DNA of 64,000 bases from Amphiscolops sp. MND2022. Its lineage: Eukaryota. The position numbers were made by a program, and so were the translations under genes. The first letter of the stretch is position 1. Every line of letters starts with the position of its first letter. Under the pieces are notes generated by a model that was given only the letters and a program-made list of their open reading frames with translations, was not told where the DNA came from and did no database searches. The stretch is taken from positions 24,926,001 through 24,990,000 of the forward strand of contig OZ076409.1 in the NCBI GenBank assembly GCA_964187785.1. Direction: 5' to 3'. This document shows positions 54,500 through 64,000 of this stretch, one piece after another.

Positions 54500-57480
54500 T
54501 TGATTTTTGGCCAGTTTCAGGAGTGCCAGAGTGCATAATTAAAACCTCTAGGGCACTTAGTGTTTTCGAGTCCTGGGAGCCTAAGCGCTCTCATTTTCTG
54601 TTTGTGTAATAAAATTAACGCATTGTGGTGAAAACCGCATGCAAAAATTCCTTTTCAGTGCTGAGAAAAGTTGAAAAACGTTGATTTTTAGTCTGTTTCA
54701 GGAGTGTCTGAGTACACAATTAAAACCCCCTGGGCACTCTGTGTTTTTGTTAGCTAGGAGCCTATGCGCTCTCATTTCCTGTTTTTCTATAAAAATAACG
54801 TGTAGTGGTGAAAACCGCGTGTAAAAACTCCCATTCAGTGCTGAGAAAAGTGGAAAAACGCACTGAATCTGATCAATTTTCCACAAAACCGGACTGTCTC
54901 TGAGCTAGGGTCGGGTCATCGATTCCTGAACCCTAGCCAAAAAGTGGTTGCATTTTCGTAACCACCACCAAAATTAACGTTAGTGCCGAAATTTTGGTGA
55001 GCGTATCGGTCACCAAAGTCGAGAAAAGCTCTCTGACGTTTTGACTTCGGAGAAGCGTGAGAGGACCGAAAAAATCCAAAACTGCAGGACTGTCAGTGCC
55101 TTATACCCAACGGGCACAACCAATTGAGGGTTTATCCCAGTGCTACGGATAGTGGGGCAACACGTTGGTCCCATTTTGCCCGCCGTATCACTTTCTGAGG
55201 TGATCCTCTTGGTCAATTTGTGAAAAAAGTTGTCAAAAACAGTGTTTTTTCGAGTGCAAAGTCCATCTTGGGTCGAAACCTTAAATAAGCGCTCGCGCTT
55301 CAATTCGACCATATCAGTGGCATTGTAGGTGCCCACTGGCATAGACTACCAAGTTTGGTGCCGATTTGTGTGATACTTGTTGAGAAAAAAGGAAAAACGT
55401 GGCACCCAAAAAGGTGCGCAAAAAGGCACTTTTTTCTTAATTTTTCCAAGTAACCCGGGCACCTTAGCCAACGGGTGGGGGTATATTGCAGCCCATCATT
55501 GTAACTTGTGCTAGTTGCTACGTTGTTGCAGAGATTTTGAGCTTCCTAGCTCTTTCCAGTGGACCGTAGTCTTGAAAAAGACGTGAAAAACAGTGTATTT
55601 CGATACATAGTGGTACCGCACGTTTGTACCTAGGTGAAACTGTGTAGAAGCGGCGCAGCTCAAAACTGTGTTCATTTTCGCAATCCTACGTGTACTTAAG
55701 ATTTGCTGGTCAATTTTGGGCTTGATACGGCGCTTCCAGCGCACACACGAGCCTCTTGAGTGTTGTGGTGCGGTTTTTGGAAAATCCAAAAATTCTTTGA
55801 AATTCTTCCTGTGGGTGACTGGAGACTTTTTGCCCTAAACCAGGTTAATTTTCTAGCCCAGTGTGCTTGTGGGAAAGCGCTGTGCAAATTTGAACAGCCT
55901 ACGAGCCTTAGAACGTGTTTTGAAAAATCTTGGACGTTGAAAAACATCAATTTTCTTAAGTCTTCACCGAGACGAGCAGAGGTCCAAATCCTTGAGGAGA
56001 CCCCCTACAAGCCTACCAGCGTCTGTTTCACTATTCTAACAGCGTGGTTGGTGCCCACTGGCAGCGCCTGCCAAGTTTGGGATCAATTGGTACTGTATCT
56101 GTTGAGAAATTGACTAAAACGAACTACACAAGAAGGTGCGCAAGAAGGCGAATTCTACGAAGTCTTGTGGGATTGCCTGAACACCCTATTCAAAGAATTC
56201 GGCCAAACTGCTGCCCACTATCGTAACCAGTGCAAGTTTATCGTATTGTTGCCGAAAAACGAGCGTGAGCGCTCTTTCCAGTTCGCCAGAATCTGGGTTG
56301 ACACGTGAAAAACAGTACATCTTGGAACACAGTGATACCGAACGTCTGTACTGTGTTGAAACTTCACCTAGTCATCTCAGCACAAATCAACTATTATTCC
56401 CGTGTACCTCAACTTACGTGGGATTGTGTGGTTGATTTTGAAGTCGATCCTGGGTTTCTAGCGTTAGCGCTAGCCACTTGAGTTTTTCTCAAGTGAATCT
56501 GAAAAACCAAAAAAATATCTGAAAAACCTCTGACTTGTGACTGGATCCCAGGACCCAATTCTGGACTCACTTACTGGGTCAGTGCATCAATCAAGAAGTG
56601 CTGTATACTTTTCAGCACGCTACAACCCTTGAAACTAATTTCGACTCCTCTTGGACGTGCATATTCATTGTTTCAGTTCAAGGGTCCACCGAGACGAAAA
56701 CTAGGAAAGTGGGAAAAAAGTCATTTCTGCGTGTTGGAAACCTGTAGAAACCCCTAGTTTGACCTCCCAGTAGTTCATTCATTGCTGTGCGTGTGATATT
56801 TGATCAGTATCGAGTGGGCTGCCTTGCTGGATCATAGCATTTTGTTACTTGAAGTTGTGATATCCTGTGTATTGTAACGAATTGGATCATTTCTTGGGAC
56901 TGTCGGCGCACCTGCTTGGAAAGTTGGGATTACATTGCCCTGGACTATTCTTATTGGTGTCAGTTGGTGCACCGTTGCCGACAAAGTGAGCTTGAGAGCT
57001 CAGCACTGTGGACTAGAGTCTTTGGTTGCACGTGAAAAACCGAGTCAATTGAGATACGGTGATACGGCAAGCCTGTACAGCACCTGCAACTCATTCAACA
57101 GTCTGAGCCCCAATTGCTTCTCGTTACAGTGTACCTGGCTATACGTGGGGCCGCTTGGCCAATTTTGAGCCCGATCTTACGTTTCCAGTCTTGGTACGAG
57201 TCACTTGAGTAATTTTCTAAAGATTTTGAAGTTTTCAAAAATTGTTAAAAAACACTCTAGCTTGTAGCTGGAAGTAATTATCAGCCTCGGTAAGTCCTCT
57301 TTCCAACTTTTGTAACTGAAAAAACGTGCTGTGCAATTTTCTACCCAGTACGTCTGATAAAACTGATTTTGACTGTGCCCAGGCACGCATTTTGGCCAAA
57401 ATTCCGAAAAACCGTAGAAAAAACCAAACAGAAAAACTAAGTACTCCCACTATACGGAAGGCAGAGACCAAAAGCCTTCA
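54500..57480 (+). repeat. Degenerate internal tandem repeats: two ~180-bp units (54500-54860) and about three ~725-bp units (55320-57480)
   Basis: GTTTCAGGAGTG..CAGTGCTGAGAAAAGT twice; ACGTGAAAAAC at about 55581, 56303 and 57030; GGTGCCCACTGGCA at about 55328 and 56050. Confidence 0.75.
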
Positions 57481-58172
57481 TTTTCTAACCAAAGGGACCT
57501 AGAAGGCCTTCCTGGGTGCAAACGAGGCAAATCCCACGGTTCAAAAAAATTGCCGGTAGGGGTCATAAATTTTGGACTCCTCTGAGACTTTGAAATTTGC
57601 TGCTGAAAAGCCCAATTCAGCAATTTCAAGTGCCTGCGACGAACTCTGGACTACATTTTCCCAACCGAAAACCTGTATATATTACGCTGTGAGCCTGAGC
57701 AGGGTTTTCGATATCCAAAGGAGACCCTGAGGATTCCCACTTAGTCAAAATTACGAGATTTTGAGAGGAGCAACCTTCTAGTGACAATATTTTGACCGGC
57801 TTGCCCGAGTATGAAGCCTTTGTGAACACTCTGGTTCCTCTATTTGGTATTATTCAGCAGTATCGAGTAGCACAAGCACCGAATATCACGTCAAATTTGC
57901 AGAGAACTCTTTTGGGTAATCACAATATACCCGAATCCATCGAGGTTGAGAGGTCACTAAACCACTCGACTGTCTTTTTGGTGCGCACTATCCAACTTGG
58001 CTGCAGCAATTTGCTCGAGAACAACATCTTTTGGCCCACTGAGCAGCTTGCAAAGCGTTGAACAGTTTTCAGTCAGCTGTGATTGCTAGAACTTCCCTTG
58101 ACTTTGACCCTGACACTTAATTTGGATACACAGGTGGTTCTAGTGAAGCAGTTCGGAATCTCGAAAGCTGAA

Positions 58173-59465
58173 ATGAAACGTTGGAAAGTCTTCCACCGCC
58201 TCCGTTCCTTTTTCAAAGGAAAAGAGGGTGTCAATGCAGCACAACCATTTAATGTTCATGATGTTCAAACTCAAAATGAATCCCCAATGGTAGATGAACA
58301 TGATCGATCGACGAAGTTAGAGGATTTGAAGTTGGAAGATTGGCCTTTGGAGGATCGTTTCAAACTTTTCTCCGATTTTCTAGACTCAATGCCATCTAAA
58401 ACTCAGGATACCGAACCGGAGAATAGCATAAAGACTTCCAGTCCTAGTTCAGTATCGTCGTCGAAAGGATTCCCTCTCCATGAAACCAGTAGTCAGACTT
58501 ATCAGAAACAGGATCAACAATTAGACGCCCTGGAGCAGCAGATGGATGAATTATCAATCTTGTTGGCACAAAATGAGATACGTAGGAAGAAATTGTTAGC
58601 ACGAGTGCTAGCACAAATGCAGTCGATAAATGCAGATGTGCAAATACACCTCAGAAGTGCCACTATCAATATTTCAAACGACGCCGAAGCAGAACCAATG
58701 ACACAGCCAACAAAAGACATGGGGCTGGAACCAATATCTTTGGACACCACAACCATGAGTATTGCTGACACTTTGCCTGAATATCACGCCGGTGACAATG
58801 GGTTGCTCGAGAGCAACCTCTACTCAAGTGATACAAAAAATGAACGAATATCAGTCTCACCCTCCCTTTCCTTATCGCAGGATTCTGTAAGCAACTCTCA
58901 CTTCACTGGAACAAGTTCCCTATTATTCACTTCGCAGTTGCTGCCGAGTTTGCTGACAAATTCTATTGAGCCAACTTCTGCTGAACGTGGTCTACAGGAT
59001 TATATTCAGGTGGACCAGCCAATCTTTATCAAATGGTTGCATAGTGGTTCAACCAAATCTCGACCGACTGGACATAGACGTGGTCGACCACCGCGGACTT
59101 CTGGTGAACTCTCATGGTATAAAGTTCTGCTCTCGTTTCATCATAGACGTCGCCGCGGCCGTCCACCACGCTCAGTCTTCTTACTACCATGGTCGCATCG
59201 ACCGAAGGGACATAGGCGTGGCCGACCTCCGAACAATTATCACGGTCTTGAGACAGACCTAGCCTCAGTTTTCTTTATTGGAAGTCCTGATATTTCATGC
59301 TTTTTGTATGGCCTGCTGCTATCAAATAATAATGCCTATCCACAACCCGAGCTACACTCCATTTCTTTTCAAGGGGGGAGGAGGTGTCGTCAAAGCTCAA
59401 CTTATCATTCTGCAATTTTTGTGTCGGGCATTCAAGTTTGTCTATTCCTCGCTATCCTCATATGA
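58173..59465 (+). CDS. Hypothetical 430-aa protein with coiled coil, Ser-rich linker and three AT-hook-like RRGRPP motifs
   Basis: Longest uninterrupted ORF in the window; first ATG at 58173; GHRRGRPPR, RRRRGRPPR, GHRRGRPPN. Confidence 0.7.
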   Translation: MKRWKVFHRLRSFFKGKEGVNAAQPFNVHDVQTQNESPMVDEHDRSTKLEDLKLEDWPLEDRFKLFSDFLDSMPSKTQDTEPENSIKTSSPSSVSSSKGFPLHETSSQTYQKQDQQLDALEQQMDELSILLAQNEIRRKKLLARVLAQMQSINADVQIHLRSATINISNDAEAEPMTQPTKDMGLEPISLDTTTMSIADTLPEYHAGDNGLLESNLYSSDTKNERISVSPSLSLSQDSVSNSHFTGTSSLLFTSQLLPSLLTNSIEPTSAERGLQDYIQVDQPIFIKWLHSGSTKSRPTGHRRGRPPRTSGELSWYKVLLSFHHRRRRGRPPRSVFLLPWSHRPKGHRRGRPPNNYHGLETDLASVFFIGSPDISCFLYGLLLSNNNAYPQPELHSISFQGGRRCRQSSTYHSAIFVSGIQVCLFLAILI

Positions 59466-60653
59466 AAAAGACTGCTCATCGATTAAGGCCTGAGGAGTTG
59501 ACTAAAGTCCGGGGAGTCTCATGGAGAGACAACACTCTATTCTCTACATTCCACGCTGACCACCCACGGAATTTGCCACAATCTAAAGTAATGAAATCCT
59601 GACCGAACAATACTTTCAATCGATTCTGATGTATACAATCACAGCTTGATATAAAAACTTTGTTTTTTTTTGTTTCTCGTAAAATTTTATTTGATATAAC
59701 ATTTTCAAGGCTATCAGCGAGGCTTAACAAAAAAACAAAGAAAAGCAAAAAAAAAACAAAAAAAACAAAAAAAAAGAAACATAAAAGTCCTCGTCAGTGC
59801 AACTTTGACCAGATGCTTCTTTTTTTATAGTTTCTTCTTTAGTTGCGTTATCTCTATAGTTATACTCCTTGAAGTTTCAATGTTAATTTTCCTTTGATTC
59901 AGTGGCTTTTCTACAGAAAAACTAGTTTAATGGAGCTCATTTGCCCCGAAATTTTCAATTACAGAATCTTGTCTATTTTTGTCTCAGTGCTAAATCTCAC
60001 ATGCAGTCATTTGATAAATCGCTCTTCATACTCTCAACGGATGCTACTGATTTTTGTTTTGTTATGGAACTCCACATCAGTGCGTGCTGCCCAAACCTAG
60101 CCAAACCTTGAACAAAAAATATCAGAAACTACCTGTTTTCCTTTTAAACAGTGGTTTTTCCGCTGAAAAGAAGTTTTACTGAAAACAAGTTTTAACTGTT
60201 CTGCAAACTGAATTTTTACTGGCGTAAAAAAAAGTTTTTGAAAAAAACCGCGCCAGGGAGCCCCAGGGCTTCAAAAAAATTTCTTAAACCACAAAAACAT
60301 CAGTGCTATCAAGATCCTATCCAAATTAAGTACAAAAAACTTTGCCAATTGAATGATGCTCTTAGATTGATATATAGATTGAAGATTATGATTTGTTTTA
60401 AGGTGCATTTTGAGTGCTCGTTTTCTAGCCCCAGGGCTTGCTCCAGTAACAGAAGCCAGTGAATAAAGCAGGCTCGATAGATCGCAAGAAACAAAACCTC
60501 AATATTGCCCCAAACAGCAAAAGATGATTGTGACACAACTCCGATGCAAAATCACCAGTTTGAACTCCCACTCGATTTCAATGATGATGTGGAGATGTTT
60601 CAATGCCAGCTTCTCCGCATGACAGGGACGTCATGCATAAAGTCCGGGGAGTA

Positions 60654-61424
60654 TGTAATGGCACCCTCTGAGACAGCAAAATCAGTCGATATTGGAATTT
60701 TGGAATTGTGACATGTTCAGAAATTTTGTCAAAAATTCTAATTCGATGTTTGACGTGGCACTGAGCATGTGATTGCTCTTTTCGCTGTTTCCACGAAATT
60801 GGCAAGTACTTCGACAACAAAGAGCAAGATCGAGAAAAAACATAAGGCCAGCCGCCCGAACAGACGCCAGAGACTAAAAAAACTTCTGAAATTAGACTCT
60901 TTTGAAGGTGCTAACCTTGATTTCAGCAGTATGCTACCTTAAGTAGCGAAAACTGTAAAAATGAGTCTTTTCGTCTAATTCTCAAATCTGTGCCTGTGGT
61001 GCCCCAGCTTGCGAGCTGAATGTGGATGTTGCCAAATCGCTGTTGTGGATGAGATTGCTGCACATTGTTGTAAGTTTATGGCTATTTTGACAATTTTAGA
61101 TCTTATTTCGTAATTTTAGATACTGCCCAAGTCACCCTGAATGACGAAAATTTAACATAATTTCCTTTTGGAACGTTTTTAAAGGCTGTCTAAGTGTTGG
61201 TTTCGAAGAAAAAGCGTAATGCGCACTACTGATAGCAATTACAGACTGGATCAGGCCGGCGAGCACTTCACAAGAAGCGGAATCCTCCTCTGACGGGACA
61301 GTTTTTACCCGAAAGAGGCAAAATGAGCTCATGGTCATGGGCGCCTGTCCCGGGCAAATACCCATATCATGTGTTCCTCTAACTCTTATGGTTACGGCGA
61401 CAATGGTGAGAGCTTGTCGTTACA
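60654..61424 (+). repeat. 3' LTR
   Basis: Direct repeat of 52601-53371. Confidence 0.93.
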
Positions 61425-61503
61425 TTTAGATCTATTTATTTAGATCTCAGTTTTGCCCCCTCTCTTAGATCTATTTCATTAGACCTGTTTCCACGCACCT
61501 TAC

Positions 61504-61822
61504 GTTGGCAATAAACTATGCCGCATAAGTTTGTTAGACTTCTCAATGAAGCCACAAGCTGATTTTCACTTTGCGGTTGATGGTTGTTATTTTTGTGGGG
61601 TGTGATAGTATAGTTAATCAGATCGTGCAACAGGATTATTCTCGTATATCTCAGTTCTTCGGACTTTAGATAGTTGTAAACGTCTTTTGACTTGTTCACG
61701 GACTCTGGGTTCAGGCTAAAACCGGGACCGGCAAGGACGAGTTCTCGTAGCTGTTTACGCAACTTGATTTGAAGTTCTTCAATTGAGTTGTACAAGGAAC
61801 TGGCAGCAATAATTTTGAGCAT
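61504..61822 (-). CDS. Putative 5' half of split SGNH-like ORF
   Basis: MLKIIAASSL..., GPGFSLNP, IILLHDLIN, GIVYCQ, then GTAAG donor at 61503. Confidence 0.45.
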
Positions 61823-63630
61823 GCTAACCTTGAAATGAATCCTGGTCTGGACACCAACTGTCGTGTTTCTCGTTGATCAAAACGCTTTTCTATAAAGGTT
61901 AGTATTCTGTAGACGGCAGTTATCAAAGCACATATCAAAGGGACATCTACATCTAAAATAAAACATAAGTCAATTACAGCAATATATAATAAAGGCATAA
62001 ATCAGTATACACAACATTACGATAACGTAGTCAGCTATGTCCACATACTCCTATTGCCGTAAATGCAGGAGCGAAGCGGATCGACGTGCCATATGGCCAT
62101 GCCTCATTGTTGCTAGTTGGCGAAGGAAGCGAAGCGACCGAGCCATACAACAAACATGCTAACCTCTTCAAATAATAACCTGAAAAAAATCGCTGCTATT
62201 CTCTTTGAATAGCCTAATTTCCGTTTGGGCGTAATTTCCTTGGGCGTAATGTTCTAGAACCCTGTTCAATACACAGACATGATAATTCAGTAATTCTCAA
62301 ATAACCAAAAGGGTAGTCGTGATTTTTGCCGAACAGGATTACTGCCTCTTGAGATTATAACTGAATCTACATGCATTATCTTTCATTTCTTCTGGATGCA
62401 TTTAATTGTTACATGATAATTACGAAATTGAAGCTTCGTTCTCAAGCTTCGCTCCCTTCGCCAAGTGGCAACAGGTATTTACTGCGTGTAAACTGCTTTC
62501 GACGCTTTGAATATTCTACGATTTGAACCGTCCCCCTGCAGAATGTTCTCAAATTGTACCTGCTGTAGAAATGTCTCAATCAATTTGTACATTTTTAAGT
62601 AAATCGTCATGTTTTCTCTGTGTTGACTAGTTCAGTTCAGTCTTTTAGTGATAAAATTATCTTGAATTCATTATCGGTATAAAACTCTATGCTTCGTCTA
62701 TATAAAAGAAACGTTTCATCTATATTTATGCTGAAAAATAAAACGAAGATTAAGATTAACCTTTGGGATTGACGTGCTTGGCAACGATAGTGAAAAGCGA
62801 AAAAAATGTGAGAGTATATGGATAGAAATGGAAGGTTTTCAATTTTTACTTCGGTGTTCTTGAGTTGGCAAGCAATACAGACATCCAGTATTTAGCTGAT
62901 AGCCTCCCTTCTACAATCACAGGTATCGATTCAGTCTTTTAGTAGTAATAGTAGTAGCCTCAATGTTGCTACCTGGCGAAGGGAGCGAAGCGACCCAGCC
63001 ATACAACGAATATGCTAATCTTTTCAACGAAATTAAGTTCCATACATATTGGCTGTAACAGCATTAAAGATAGTAATTTAATTCTGCTGTATGGGACACA
63101 ATTTTCATGTTCTGCTGTATAAATAGGCCCCCATGGAGGGTGAGTTCCTGTTACCTGTACTCCTCTGATTGCTGGAGGGTTTCCGTCTTAGGATATAATG
63201 TAAGTCTCAATGTAGTGTGAGTCGTGTTGTTAGGTGGCGGACAATCTGTCCGGCGTAGCTGGAGTTGCATCCAGAAAACTTGATGGGAAACAAAGCTTGA
63301 CTCTGGAGGGTCATCGGCATCTCAGACTTCAAGGAAAACCTGTTCTCAGTAAGTTTCCAAGTAGTGAAGATCGTTGTGGATCCAGCGGTTCGTTTGTTTT
63401 TTGCCAGTTAATCAATGGCATCTATATATTGCATGATGAACCGAGTTATTTTCTTGTTGCAGTCGTTTTGGGGTCTCTCTTTTCTAGTACTAGTTTTTCA
63501 GAATCATTCATTGATTGATGCATCATAGTATTTATTTATGATAGCACCCGCTGTAAATTAATGGAATGCCAAAAACTTCAGGTGAAATGGCTCCGATTGA
63601 GTTTCATAATTTGAAGACCTGATTTTTGGA

Positions 63631-64000
63631 ATGGTGTTCACTATGTTCCAAACGGTTGTGTTAGTCCTCTGCCTACACTCGGTTGCTGCTCAGCTGGCTA
63701 ACCCTTCAAATGATGCCCACCAAGAGAAGCTAAATACACAGCTCGCAGACAATCAGGATGTGAAAGCTAATAATATTGAGCGGAGCGATGGGGACAATAA
63801 AATGGATGTGCTCCAAGAAAAATTTGACTTCAGTCGCATCGGATTCTCGCAACAATTTTCCGACAGTCTTAACCGGATGTACACCTCCAGTTATTTTCTA
63901 CATGGTTTTTTTGCCTCGCTAGCTGTTATAATTGTATCTGAACTCGGTGATAAAACTTTTTTCATTGCTGCAATAATGGCCATGCGTCACTCTCGGTTCA
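63631..64000 (+). CDS. TMEM165: TMEM165/GDT1-family Ca2+/Mn2+ transporter, 5' part (runs off window)
   Basis: Signal-peptide-like MVFTMFQTVVLVLCLHSVAA, then GFFASLAVIIVSELGDKTFFIAAIMAMRHSR (E-x-G-D-K-T signature); absent from the ORF track because it has no stop in the window. Confidence 0.93.
   Translation, partial: MVFTMFQTVVLVLCLHSVAAQLANPSNDAHQEKLNTQLADNQDVKANNIERSDGDNKMDVLQEKFDFSRIGFSQQFSDSLNRMYTSSYFLHGFFASLAVIIVSELGDKTFFIAAIMAMRHSRF

Larger units (their letters stand above)
52601..61424 (+). mobile_element. Young non-autonomous LTR element (LARD-like), 8.8 kb
   Basis: Two 771-bp TGTAA...TTACA LTRs, PBS-like TGGCGACCACAGAGGGA at 53388, purine-rich GGGGAGTA before the 3' LTR; no gag/pol motifs inside. 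Confidence 0.88.

Noticed and set aside
52596..61429. TSD for the LTR element
   Set aside because: Flanks TATTT and TTTAG share only TTT; the true LTR end may extend to about 53379 with the 3' LTR clipped.
63234..63518. 94-aa ORF upstream of TMEM165
   Set aside because: GTG start and no recognisable motif on either strand.

Overview
AT-rich eukaryotic (invertebrate animal) genomic DNA, mostly mobile elements. (1) 3685-10333: last five coding exons of an innexin gene, with introns holding a dispersed repeat family and a perfect 237-bp palindrome. (2) 11584-37898: a complete but decayed Polinton/Maverick (adintovirus-type) element with 194-bp TIRs and an exact 6-bp TSD (TGTGAA). It encodes a protease, penton, two different A32-like ATPases (one apparently membrane-anchored), integrase, DJR major capsid, accessory genes and pPolB. 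The pPolB is split at a poly-Asn (AAT)n tract by two near-identical head-to-tail 5.85-kb copies of an unclassified element, each bounded by TAC and (TTA)n. (3) 39.6-51.7 kb: LINE fragments, then a decayed BEL/Pao element joined tail-to-tail to a Mag-like Gypsy element. (4) 52601-61424: a very young non-autonomous LTR element with no gag/pol but an intact 430-aa ORF carrying three AT-hook-like motifs; it sits between the two halves of a possible SGNH-like ORF. (5) From 63631: start of a TMEM165/GDT1 gene. All calls are from manual motif reading; no database searches were run.
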